Shown here piece by piece: positions 39,868 through 49,258 of a DNA stretch of 64,000 bases. How positions within the stretch are numbered: the first letter of the stretch is position 1; each line of letters begins with the position of its first letter. A model generated the notes under the pieces. It was not told where the DNA came from. It saw only the letters and a program-made list of their open reading frames with translations, and ran no database searches. Position numbers and translations under genes: made by a program. The stretch spans positions 1-64,000 of the IMG/VR virus record IMGVR_UViG_3300033153_013547. The stretch is one strand, 5' to 3'.

Positions 39868-40695
39868 CTAAACAAGTTTTTTCATCACTTTTTTTGCTGA
39901 TTTATCTAATGGCACCAGAACATTCTTATACTTCCAGCCTTTTAAAGGCATATCATTGAAAGCCTTGAAGTGGAAGTCAAAAGAAGTGCCATCAGACAAA
40001 ACCCTAACAACAATTAATTTGTCATATTCTGACAAATCAAAAACAAGAATTCTGTAACCATTTTCTCCATATAATTCTGCCAGCACTGATTTTACTGATG
40101 ATTCTGTAGAATATGAGAATGATAGGAAATTTGCAGTAACCTTGAGTTTCATCCATTTATCTACTCTCATTCTCATTTCTTCAACAGAAATCAGGTCAAT
40201 CATAGTATCTTGCTGAACATAGAGAACAACCTCAGTGCCATATGGAATTGTAATTTTCTCGCCTTTTACTCCACCAGCAAGAAATAAGCCACACAAAGCA
40301 TAAGTCGTAATTACTTTCCCAGTTTTGGGCGATGCTGATTCTCCGTATACACCCGTAACGGGAACTGGTCTAGAATATGGTAAGTTCACAGCAACAATTT
40401 CTATTTCTATCTTACCACTTCTTCCCCATCCTTTGGCAGCCTTCTGTCTGGAAACTCGTCCAAGCACTGGAGTCCCTTGAACAAGAACAATTTGATTACC
40501 AACATATACATCATTGGCTAAAACAAACAGGACTTCGTCACCAGGCTTGTTTCTCTGGGAATACAATTCTTCTTGCAAGACAGCAGTCAATTGTAACCCA
40601 GCAGGCAAAACATAGTCTTCAGCAAACACTTCACTAGTTATTGCCAACAAAACGACAACTACAAATACAAACAAAAATTTCCTCAATTTCCTCAA
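39868..40695 (-). CDS. exported protein with a VirB10/TrbI-like beta-barrel domain
   Basis: Signal peptide; LPAG..L...L...LYS.....GD.V.F.L..DV......V...GT...G.V......KGWGRSGKI. Confidence 0.55.
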   Translation of the reverse strand: MRKLRKFLFVFVVVVLLAITSEVFAEDYVLPAGLQLTAVLQEELYSQRNKPGDEVLFVLANDVYVGNQIVLVQGTPVLGRVSRQKAAKGWGRSGKIEIEIVAVNLPYSRPVPVTGVYGESASPKTGKVITTYALCGLFLAGGVKGEKITIPYGTEVVLYVQQDTMIDLISVEEMRMRVDKWMKLKVTANFLSFSYSTESSVKSVLAELYGENGYRILVFDLSEYDKLIVVRVLSDGTSFDFHFKAFNDMPLKGWKYKNVLVPLDKSAKKVMKKLV

Positions 40696-40749
40696 CTTAT
40701 TTTCTCCTTATTGATATATTTTATGTCCTTACTAAATCCTACTTTTTCC

Positions 40750-42576
40750 TCACAGAACAATATTATATTTATCCTCAAATTCATCATATGTCATGATTGG
40801 AATTCCTGTTTCCATTGCTATAGCCATTTTAGATGATGTAGAATTTTTATCAGCACATATCAATATTTCAACTGGTTTTTTCCAAGTGTCAGAAACTATA
40901 AAGCCACGACTGACTAAAATATCCCTATATTCATATCTATACAGAGTGGGATGTTTGCCAGTACAGCAGACAACAATTGGAGATGCTTCAGTGCTAAGTA
41001 TTTCTGCATCCAGATCAACAAAAAGATCAAGACAATCCCTGACTTTGTCAATACCTTCAGAGATCAGGGCTTTGTGAGTATCATCAAACCCTTTGATATC
41101 ATCAAGACCATTTGCCTGCACTTCTGATATGAAATTCTCAATATTACCATAGTGTTCTATGAGTTTCTTGCCCTGTTTTCTGTCAATATTTGGCAAATCA
41201 GCACATTCAATAATTGCTTCTTCACTAAGTTCCAGATTTCTTAATTGTCTGTGCAGGTATTCTGCTGCCTCATCACTAAAACCATCAATTGCTGATAACT
41301 CATCAACAGAGAGATCATAAATGTCTCTTAGATTTTGATATCCAGCATTGAACAGCATTTCAACTGTTGCATCTGATATGTTATCTATTTCAAGGACAGA
41401 AAAAAGATGTTGAAGCTTAGAGAGCCTTTCTTTTGCACAATCTGTATTATTGCAACAAGCATGATATTTTCTCAATACGCTTGTGGTATTGCACAACGAA
41501 CAAACAGGTAGTTTTAGTCCCGTAGTAGATGATTCGTAAATATCCGAAATATATGGTGGAGAATCATAGACATGGGACTTAGCAACACCTACACGCGCAC
41601 CTATACCAAGCTTCAAGTTCTTAAGAATAGAGTAATTACTTACATTAACACGTTGTATATTAATACCATTAATAATTACTGGATTCTCAAGAACCAGAAC
41701 TGGGGCTAAATGTCCCTGGAACCCCATATTCCATTCAATTGATCCAATAATAGCTTCAGCAGAGTCATCAAACTTGACAGCTACAGTATTACCTGTAGTA
41801 ACTGCTTCTAATACCAACCCATTTGTACGATATGATTTAAGAGAATGATGAACAAATCGTCGTCTTAAATATTCATACAAAGACAAAGGGGTATTTATAT
41901 TATCTGATGCTGGAATATATTGCTCTGCAGGCCCAAGATAGAAATAAGAAAGAATTTGTTTCTTTGTTTCATAACTATCAATACATTCTCCTAAAACATC
42001 AAAGCTAACAATATTGATACTGTTATTCAACTTGGCTAATGAGGAAGGTTCAGCACTTAACAATTTAGAAGTAATACTCTGTGATTTTTCCAGTAATTCC
42101 CAAATAAAAGTAACAACTTCTGCCCTAACAACAATAAGATCATAAGGAAGATTTACATTAGTGTATATGTTCAAATATCTAGCCTTGTCTGTTATATCAT
42201 AACCAACAAGTCCATTGCCTCTTGTAGAAATAGATCTAAGATTCCCTTTATAATAAACAATTTCTAATGAAATACCATCAAGTTTTGGAGAATAAACTAT
42301 AGGACTATTCTGTACTCTTATCCACTCAGCCAGTTCTATTGGATCTTTTATTTTTCTTAGTCCCTTTATAGGAAAAACATGAGTCACTTTCTTTCTAAAC
42401 TTACTGACATCAACATCAAGACTTGCATCTGGATCCATATCTGTTAGCAGATCATATTCAGCATCTGTCAAAATAGGCTTATTTCCATTGTAATAAGCCT
42501 CATTAGCGTTTTTGACCAATGCTTTTTTGTCTGATTTTGTCATGAAACAACCCCTTAAAAACATTTTCCATACCAA
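40750..42576 (-). CDS. ligA: NAD+-dependent DNA ligase-like protein (atypical motifs); start probably ~42543
   Basis: AYYN..P.LTDAEYD (Ia), PKLDG, STRGNG..G.DIT, AVKF, OB fold, C4 zinc finger, HhH, BRCT. Confidence 0.88.
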   Translation of the reverse strand: MVWKMFLRGCFMTKSDKKALVKNANEAYYNGNKPILTDAEYDLLTDMDPDASLDVDVSKFRKKVTHVFPIKGLRKIKDPIELAEWIRVQNSPIVYSPKLDGISLEIVYYKGNLRSISTRGNGLVGYDITDKARYLNIYTNVNLPYDLIVVRAEVVTFIWELLEKSQSITSKLLSAEPSSLAKLNNSINIVSFDVLGECIDSYETKKQILSYFYLGPAEQYIPASDNINTPLSLYEYLRRRFVHHSLKSYRTNGLVLEAVTTGNTVAVKFDDSAEAIIGSIEWNMGFQGHLAPVLVLENPVIINGINIQRVNVSNYSILKNLKLGIGARVGVAKSHVYDSPPYISDIYESSTTGLKLPVCSLCNTTSVLRKYHACCNNTDCAKERLSKLQHLFSVLEIDNISDATVEMLFNAGYQNLRDIYDLSVDELSAIDGFSDEAAEYLHRQLRNLELSEEAIIECADLPNIDRKQGKKLIEHYGNIENFISEVQANGLDDIKGFDDTHKALISEGIDKVRDCLDLFVDLDAEILSTEASPIVVCCTGKHPTLYRYEYRDILVSRGFIVSDTWKKPVEILICADKNSTSSKMAIAMETGIPIMTYDEFEDKYNIVL

Positions 42577-43435
42577 ATAAAATGTTATCTAACAGTATTC
42601 TACAAAACTCCAAGATCCTGCTAAATTTTGTTATGCTAAGATTTTGTTGGAACTTATTGTGTATAAATGGCTTTTTATAGACATAAAACTTGCCATTTAT
42701 ATCACCATAAAGTCCATATCCTTTTTGCCAAACTTTCCAACGTCTTCTAGCATATCTCAGAATTTTCCTATCTAATTTATCTGATACACAGAAACACTGC
42801 AACAAAAGAAGCAGGTCTTTTGTCATATCCTTACGTATATAGTCAAGCTTTGATTGATGTAATACATCTGGGAACAATTCGTGAACAAATTTAAATACAC
42901 CGTATGTCGTATATGATACTGCCTTGCGCAATGCAACGCTAATTGTCTTCTGCGATATGTCATAGGCAAAGTTATAAGAAAAATCCCTAGAGATTGTTGC
43001 ATTTTTTGCGTCGTCTCGTGTTTCAAACAATAACCATTTTCTATTAGGCAAATTGTCATTTTGCAAGCACAAAGTATTACCAACAGATGCCATTAGCTCA
43101 CGTGTTTTTCGGAACCATTTAGGTACACACAGCGGACGTAATAAACGTGCTTTACGCACGAAAACACGATTACGTTCTTTAGCAATAACTTCTTTATATT
43201 CAGCAACATATATTTGAAAATTTGTGAGAGAACTTGCTACCCAATGAGGCCATGATTGATATGGCTCAGTAATCAGACAAATTCCTTTATAATGTTTATA
43301 AAGGGATTGACTGATTTCATACCATTCACCAGGAATCCATTGACCATATACAAATTTAGGCAATGACCATTTTCCAAAACGATCTTCATAAGATTTGTTA
43401 TTAATCAAGACCTTGTATAATTTATTGTTCATCAC
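42503..43435 (-). CDS. hypothetical protein
   Basis: 310-aa ORF, partly CpG-rich. Confidence 0.65.
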   Translation of the reverse strand: MMNNKLYKVLINNKSYEDRFGKWSLPKFVYGQWIPGEWYEISQSLYKHYKGICLITEPYQSWPHWVASSLTNFQIYVAEYKEVIAKERNRVFVRKARLLRPLCVPKWFRKTRELMASVGNTLCLQNDNLPNRKWLLFETRDDAKNATISRDFSYNFAYDISQKTISVALRKAVSYTTYGVFKFVHELFPDVLHQSKLDYIRKDMTKDLLLLLQCFCVSDKLDRKILRYARRRWKVWQKGYGLYGDINGKFYVYKKPFIHNKFQQNLSITKFSRILEFCRILLDNILFGMENVFKGLFHDKIRQKSIGQKR

Positions 43436-43998
43436 AAAATAATTCCTTCATGATTATTACCAATGACTTCCAAATTTGAACCATCTATTCCTATAGAAGG
43501 ATGTCCTAAACTAATCAATTGCTCATTAGGCTGAAATCGTTTTTCTGTCTTGTCTAATTCAAAATATTCAAAGATAGCCTCCAAATAAAATCCTATTCCA
43601 GACACATGATCATTATTAAATTTACCTAATTTGACTTGATAATATGTATATCCTACAGGAGTTTTACTTGTTTCCACAAAAGGAAGAGAGATTTTATCTG
43701 CATGAGTAACAATTTTGTGATGAGCAAATTCAACAATATCTCCTTCAAATATCTTAATGTTGTTCATATCATGTAAGTTAGTATATTGCTGCAATTTGAA
43801 TCGACAACTACATTGATCTAAGTGCATTGAATATATAGACTCCTGTCCTCGAATAGAACCTTTACGCGTCATGAATAACAGATTATGAGAATTTGGATCT
43901 AACAATAGATCAGAAGGATTACCTTCATAAACTTCTGAATTCCACCATTGCTCCAAATATTTATCCCAAACACGAAAGTCAGTTATCCAGTTACTCAT
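43432..43998 (-). CDS. YopX-family protein
   Basis: FRVWDK, QQYTNLHDMNNIKIFEGDIV, LEVIGN. Confidence 0.85.
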   Translation of the reverse strand: MSNWITDFRVWDKYLEQWWNSEVYEGNPSDLLLDPNSHNLLFMTRKGSIRGQESIYSMHLDQCSCRFKLQQYTNLHDMNNIKIFEGDIVEFAHHKIVTHADKISLPFVETSKTPVGYTYYQVKLGKFNNDHVSGIGFYLEAIFEYFELDKTEKRFQPNEQLISLGHPSIGIDGSNLEVIGNNHEGIIL

Positions 43999-44029
43999 AA
44001 ATCTATCTCCTCAAAAATAAACAAGAAAA

Positions 44030-44383
44030 TTACCACCAGGACTCATAATAAACATCAAAACCTTCATCAATTGCTTGTCTGGCTTTTTCTATTGCTTCAA
44101 GATCATGAGCATAATAATGAGCACAAAAATCATCACCAAAGAGAAATCCACTTGTAGGAGAAAGAGTGCCAGATTTCACCACTCTTTCTAATTCATCCAG
44201 ATCTTCTTTACTAAGAAATACTTTTGTAAGGTTAAATTCACCTATGTGATCCTTACTCCATAATTCTTTCATCCAACCCTGCAGGTTTGGATGTTTATGC
44301 CAATAAGCAATTTCTTCTTCAACATCACCCTTTCGTTTCTTCATCCATTGATCAAGTCCCATAATATTCACCCCACCTAACAA
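44030..44383 (-). CDS. conserved phage protein (start MGLD ~44362)
   Basis: MGLDQ...EIAYWHKHPNLQGWM...L....GFLFG...YYESWW. Confidence 0.7.
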   Translation of the reverse strand: MLGGVNIMGLDQWMKKRKGDVEEEIAYWHKHPNLQGWMKELWSKDHIGEFNLTKVFLSKEDLDELERVVKSGTLSPTSGFLFGDDFCAHYYAHDLEAIEKARQAIDEGFDVYYESWW

Positions 44384-44530
44384 AAAAATTACACTTTTTC
44401 TGGTTCATCTCGTTTTCTATACCAATCAGCCAAAGAATAAACATTTACATGATAACATGGTTGTGAATAAATATGTAGAATTGGGAAATTAGTCATGGTT
44501 ATCTCCTAAATTATATTACAAAGTAAAATA

Positions 44531-44570
44531 GATCCAGGTAGAAATCAAACCCACATCAGCGGTTTTGGAC
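44531..44570 (-). pseudogene. 3'-half remnant of a tRNA (Trp-like)
   Basis: Minus strand TCCAAAACCGCTGATGTGGGTTTGATTTCTACC: CCA anticodon loop remnant, variable loop and degenerate T arm; no 5' half. Confidence 0.35.
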
Positions 44571-44757
44571 ATTTTTTAGCCTGACGTTGTTGCTCACAAT
44601 GATAGATGAATCTAAGAGCCATGTGCTCAGCACAATATTCGGGTGTCTTACAAATTTCTTCAGCATCCATGACTAATTTTCATTATCAATTTATTTTTAC
44701 CTTTCTCTATTTTACATGTCTTGAGTAGATGATTAACTCTCATGATATTTTCCTTTA

Positions 44758-45045
44758 TCATCCCAACACCTCAACCAGTCGATCAACAAACATATCGCAA
44801 TTCTCTTGTGCTTTCCCTTCTGACGTGAAAGTAAGGGGACTGCTATCATGGTTTATAGCCAAAGTGTCTTCTCCAATGCCGAACATTATCGTTACATAAT
44901 AATACCAAATTGGATTGCCGTCACTATCCGAAGCACGAACGATCTGAGCACTTATGTGATTAATTTTTCCTAACGGAATTGTTTCAGAGTCGTAATATAT
45001 TATGTCACACTTTGTCCATTCTTTACTCAAAGTCTTGTTATCCAT
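44758..45045 (-). CDS. hypothetical protein (CpG-rich island)
   Basis: 95 aa, AGGAG RBS. Confidence 0.65.
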   Translation of the reverse strand: MDNKTLSKEWTKCDIIYYDSETIPLGKINHISAQIVRASDSDGNPIWYYYVTIMFGIGEDTLAINHDSSPLTFTSEGKAQENCDMFVDRLVEVLG

Positions 45046-45070
45046 GGCATTCTCCTTTTATGCTTATGTT

Positions 45071-45865
45071 CTAACTACACAACCCAACAATATATTCTTC
45101 CATTTCCTGATGTGTAACCTCACCAGCAACAATAGCATCATAGCCAAACCTGTCTAACAAAACAAGATTTACCCAAGTTTGCCAATCATATACTGCTTCA
45201 ATTTTCTTTATATGGTTGGCATATCTATTATACGTATAAAAATTGTATTTAGGTCTGCCACTATTGTAAGCAGTCACTCCAAGGAGATAGGTATAAAACA
45301 TGTCCCCTTGTTTAGAGTGGTTATCTCTCTTTAGCCTTTTCACAGCAGCAAGCATTGATCCTCTAAATTCCCATGCTCCAACAGCATAGGCATACCTTGG
45401 ATCACTAACTAAATGCCATTTATCTATTCTATCAATTTCAATAGGATTATATGTTCCAAAGGTAATAGAAGGATCAAGCCTTTTGCCCCACCAACAACGA
45501 TTGATCTGAAGTGGTCCCCAATCATTGCCTGTTTTGTCATACCAATTATGATGAGATTCCACTTGACCCATAACATCAAGCATTATAGGGTAAATCAAAA
45601 ATTGCCCCGTGGTTCCATTTATAAACGCTTGACCTTCATGAGTCAAATAAGCCACATAAATGGCATCTTCAATAGTCAAGTTTTTATTGACAGAAACACA
45701 TCTAATAGACCAATCTCCATCCTTTGGAACACAATATTCATTACTTGGGATCAATCTTACAGCAACTGCTCTTGTAGCTTCTGGATAGTTGTCTCTCCAC
45801 TGAGCATAGGCTGTGTTAGCCAACAAAATAAAGCACACTAATACTAACATAGAAATCTTTTTCAT
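45071..45865 (-). CDS. exported lytic transglycosylase (SLT-like)
   Basis: Signal peptide; VES catalytic motif, GPLQIN, AYNSG. Confidence 0.75.
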   Translation of the reverse strand: MKKISMLVLVCFILLANTAYAQWRDNYPEATRAVAVRLIPSNEYCVPKDGDWSIRCVSVNKNLTIEDAIYVAYLTHEGQAFINGTTGQFLIYPIMLDVMGQVESHHNWYDKTGNDWGPLQINRCWWGKRLDPSITFGTYNPIEIDRIDKWHLVSDPRYAYAVGAWEFRGSMLAAVKRLKRDNHSKQGDMFYTYLLGVTAYNSGRPKYNFYTYNRYANHIKKIEAVYDWQTWVNLVLLDRFGYDAIVAGEVTHQEMEEYIVGLCS

Positions 45866-46123
45866 GTTACCTCACTTTTTACTAACAATATTTATTCCAA
45901 AGAAATATACAAATATATTGATCTTTTACTTAGACAATATCCTTCTCAGCCTAAATTGCTTACATATAACACATACATCTGTGTATGAATCCCATTTGAT
46001 CCATATATGCCAGCCAAAGAAGCACAAAATTTTCCACCACATTATCTTCCACTTCATTGATTTTCTTCTTTACTCCATTTTCTTGCCAAATCAAGCCAGT
46101 CCATGTATTATCCTTTTCCTTCA

Positions 46124-48070
46124 TTACTCCCTAGAAAGTAGTAGCTTGACAAAAGTGTCTCTTTCTATGTTCTCAAGTGATAGATCTATATCTGCATCAT
46201 CTGGGCTATCCAGCAAAATTGCACCTGCCTTGACAAACAAATCATTAAATGTTATAGCATTCATGCGAGAATACATCAAATACTGCCTGACATGTTCAAT
46301 TATTGCAGTATGGCGCATAGAAATTCCATTACCAACATGTATTCCACCAAGGTAAATGGCTAGATCATTGCTTCTAGTTGTCAGCAATCCAACCACCTGT
46401 TGTTTTTCTACAACTAGTGGAATGCTTGCTACTACTAAATTTGGATCCACTATGTGATCTAGCAAACATGCTTTGTTTTCTTCATTATTATTTCCAGCAG
46501 TCATTGAATTACTTCTAGCAATAATCAAGTTGAAGGGAACATTAGATATTCTTCTGGTATAATCATTGACATTTACTAGGTAGTCTTTCATAACTCCCAA
46601 ACTTATTCTAATTACTTCTGTTGCACCATCAGGTGGTGGTGCATCTATCACATCTCCTGAAAATAGAATGTCTGAACCTGAGCTTCTGTAATCACCATCC
46701 CATCCTATTTTCTGACCCAATGATGTTATAGATAGATCAAGATCTATTCTTGTATCTGATGAATTCTTCCAATGAATACCAATCAGCATATCCATTGGCA
46801 CAGCAATAGAAGTGCCAAATGGAAATCCATGTAAAAATTGTTTCTCAGATGCTGGAACACCATAACAAACAAAATCAGGTATGTAAATTTTCTTGTTTGC
46901 AACAGCAGGTGCAATACTGGAAGCTATTTCATTTACTACCATATCTAAAACGGATTGTGCTTTTTGCCGTTGTTCGTAACTAAACGGCTTGATCTCTGTA
47001 GCAAATCCTTTTCCATTACGAATACGATATAATATTGAATAACTATTTGACATTCTATATTGCAGTGCATGCATCAATCGTATTTGACGGAAGACATTTA
47101 CTCTCTTCAACTCTGCACGTATCTTATCTTCCTGTAAATCAATGCCCATTGTAATATACTTAGTTATAGAATTGAGATAATCTTCTTGCATAGGCTTGTG
47201 ATGTTTCTTAGCCATTCTCCTGATGTAATTGACCATAGAACGACAATCATCATGAAGTTTTCTTATTGCCAGAAAGATTGGCTTAAATCTATAGAAAATT
47301 TCTCCCAGCCTATGCAAACCATAGGTTTCATCATATTTTTTCAAAAGCCTAGCAATAGACTTTCCTTTTTGTGAGCAACGAATCTCTGTGATCATATCTT
47401 TGCTCTTAATAAGCAAGGTTTTACCTGTAAGTTTATACACAAGAAGTCTAAGAAATTCCACTGGATCATGAGGCAACAACCCAATTTTATCACAGAAAAT
47501 AGCCATAGCCTCTTTATTTCTTATAGACTCTATATCTTCTGAGGTTACATTCACCACATCAGCTATAGTGATTATGTCTTCTAATGTGTTTTCCTTAAGT
47601 GCAATACCTGAAGAAAGAAGAGTAAGAATTTTAGACTTGAGTTCATCAATAGTATATCCATGAATAATTGTTATGCTCAATTTATCAGTTATTTCAGGAA
47701 TATCTAGTGCTTCACTTGGAATGTATATGCAATCTGAGTTGTATGCTTCAGAATGTTCTGATTCATATACAGAAATATAATGAAGGATTTGTTCAACCAC
47801 AAGTCGTTCAGCAGAAGCAGTAACCACTTTGTTCCATGATTTATGAAAAGTGGAGTTTAGTTGCTGTGGAGATACTGCAAGTTCAGTAGCTATGCTTGTT
47901 ATGATTTCTTCTATAGCAGAATCTGTATAATGATCTATAACCTCAGAGGACAAAATAAATCCAAGAGGGATTGTTTTAGACAGAAATTTATCTGAACATT
48001 TACGTTTAGGTTTGTCACCTATAGGTAATCCATGAAATAGGCGCAATGTAGCATTTATTATAGCAATCAT
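46124..48070 (-). CDS. 648-aa protein: long helical N-terminal region plus C-terminal TerD-like domain
   Basis: GGAGG RBS at 48076-48080; GIHW...RIDLDLS, IGWDG.YR, FSGDVIDAP...GATE are TerD-like. The ORF-track start at 48202 lies inside the RNA repeats. Confidence 0.75.
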   Translation of the reverse strand: MIAIINATLRLFHGLPIGDKPKRKCSDKFLSKTIPLGFILSSEVIDHYTDSAIEEIITSIATELAVSPQQLNSTFHKSWNKVVTASAERLVVEQILHYISVYESEHSEAYNSDCIYIPSEALDIPEITDKLSITIIHGYTIDELKSKILTLLSSGIALKENTLEDIITIADVVNVTSEDIESIRNKEAMAIFCDKIGLLPHDPVEFLRLLVYKLTGKTLLIKSKDMITEIRCSQKGKSIARLLKKYDETYGLHRLGEIFYRFKPIFLAIRKLHDDCRSMVNYIRRMAKKHHKPMQEDYLNSITKYITMGIDLQEDKIRAELKRVNVFRQIRLMHALQYRMSNSYSILYRIRNGKGFATEIKPFSYEQRQKAQSVLDMVVNEIASSIAPAVANKKIYIPDFVCYGVPASEKQFLHGFPFGTSIAVPMDMLIGIHWKNSSDTRIDLDLSITSLGQKIGWDGDYRSSGSDILFSGDVIDAPPPDGATEVIRISLGVMKDYLVNVNDYTRRISNVPFNLIIARSNSMTAGNNNEENKACLLDHIVDPNLVVASIPLVVEKQQVVGLLTTRSNDLAIYLGGIHVGNGISMRHTAIIEHVRQYLMYSRMNAITFNDLFVKAGAILLDSPDDADIDLSLENIERDTFVKLLLSRE

Positions 48071-48090
48071 TTGTACCTCCATACAAGAAT

Positions 48091-48308
48091 GTTCTGGTGG
48101 CGAGAAGTAAGACTTAATACTACGATTAAATAGGAACTTCTTATGCCACCAGAACTGGTTGCATAAGTAAAAATACCTAGCGGCGGAGAGTAAGTTATCC
48201 ATTTTATAGGAACTATCTATGCCGCTAGGATCAATACATGATAGCGAGAAGTAAAGCTAAGCGCCATGTTGCCATGGCAGTATAAATAGGAACTTCTTAT
48301 GCTATCAT
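48091..48308 (-). ncRNA. three tandem structured RNA-like elements (48091-48155, 48176-48229, 48238-48308)
   Basis: Each has a different perfect closing stem, a conserved GC-AUA-(AGAAGU/GAUAGU)-UCCUAU ... UUACU(U)CUC(C)-GC core and a variable interior. Confidence 0.75.
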
Positions 48309-48501
48309 TACAATTCACTAATTTACCTTTTTTACACGGCATCAGCCATTTTTCCAGTCTCCAAGTGGTGGTACATATGGTGGCTCGACGGGATATTTCT
48401 CCAACAACTTTTTGACACGTTTGTAATTTGCTAAGGCATCCTTGACCCTATCATAATCTACACTTGCCATTATCAGATCATTAGCAATTCTGCCTAATTT
48501 A

Positions 48502-49113
48502 TCAGTCATCAAAATAATTAGGTCTGTTCAAGAACTTCTCTGTGCTATCAGCTAGTTGATCTATTGTATTGGCAATAATATCAGCCTTATACATTTGATG
48601 TTTACGCTTGAATCTACGCCAGAATATTAGTAAGATAATACCAACGGGCAATAGTAAAAACCAAAGCACCCAAAGTTTTGGTAGAGTTGGTTGATCAGTA
48701 ATTTCTGTTGTTACAGACTTAGATATTATAGACTCAGTAATCATAGGTTCTGGACCAGGTTCTTTTACTGGATTTGCAACAAGTCTAGTTATTATAGCAC
48801 GTTCTTCACCATTAGAATAATAGACAATCCATTGGTTATCTGATTTTTGCTGCAAAAACATTCCCTTACCTCTCCAACCAGCTCCCATTTGGTGGAGAAT
48901 AGCAGAAAAAGCATCATTCACTGACATTGCACTCACACGATGATCTGAGGCACCTAAATAAAGTCCAGAAGACTTCCAAAGATAATAATCATAACCCATC
49001 GCGAGTTTTGGCAATTTACTTACATCAGTTTCTAGACTAAAACTACAACTCATGTAAGCAACCAAACCTATACAAATACAAATGATGGTAAACAATCTTA
49101 TGCAAACATGCAT
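48502..49113 (-). CDS. exported protein with a C-terminal TM anchor
   Basis: N-terminal hydrophobic segment, C-terminal TM followed by RRFKRK. Confidence 0.65.
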   Translation of the reverse strand: MHVCIRLFTIICICIGLVAYMSCSFSLETDVSKLPKLAMGYDYYLWKSSGLYLGASDHRVSAMSVNDAFSAILHQMGAGWRGKGMFLQQKSDNQWIVYYSNGEERAIITRLVANPVKEPGPEPMITESIISKSVTTEITDQPTLPKLWVLWFLLLPVGIILLIFWRRFKRKHQMYKADIIANTIDQLADSTEKFLNRPNYFDD

Positions 49114-49139
49114 TGTTACTATCCTTTAGAAAACAAAAA

Positions 49140-49221
49140 TGCCCGAGGTAGGATTCAAACCTACACGCCCGAAAGCCTAGCATTTTAAGTGCTATATGTC
49201 TATCTATTCCATCACTCGGGC
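49140..49221 (-). tRNA. tRNA-Leu(TAA), with non-canonical D and T loops, no encoded CCA
   Basis: GCCCGAG acceptor stem, TAGCA-CTTAAAA-TGCTA anticodon arm, long variable arm, GTAGG-TTTGAAT-CCTAC T arm, discriminator A. Confidence 0.88.
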
Positions 49222-49258
49222 ATGTTATTATGTCTTTACTAACAGAAGAATATCTCTT

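Noticed and set aside
48071-48202. N-terminal extension of the TerD-like protein given by the ORF track
   Set aside because: It runs through the structured repeats; a GGAGG RBS supports ATG 48070.
48091-48308. CRISPR array or tRNA interpretation of the three repeats
   Set aside because: No identical repeats separated by constant-length spacers, no cas genes and no cloverleaf or T-loop.
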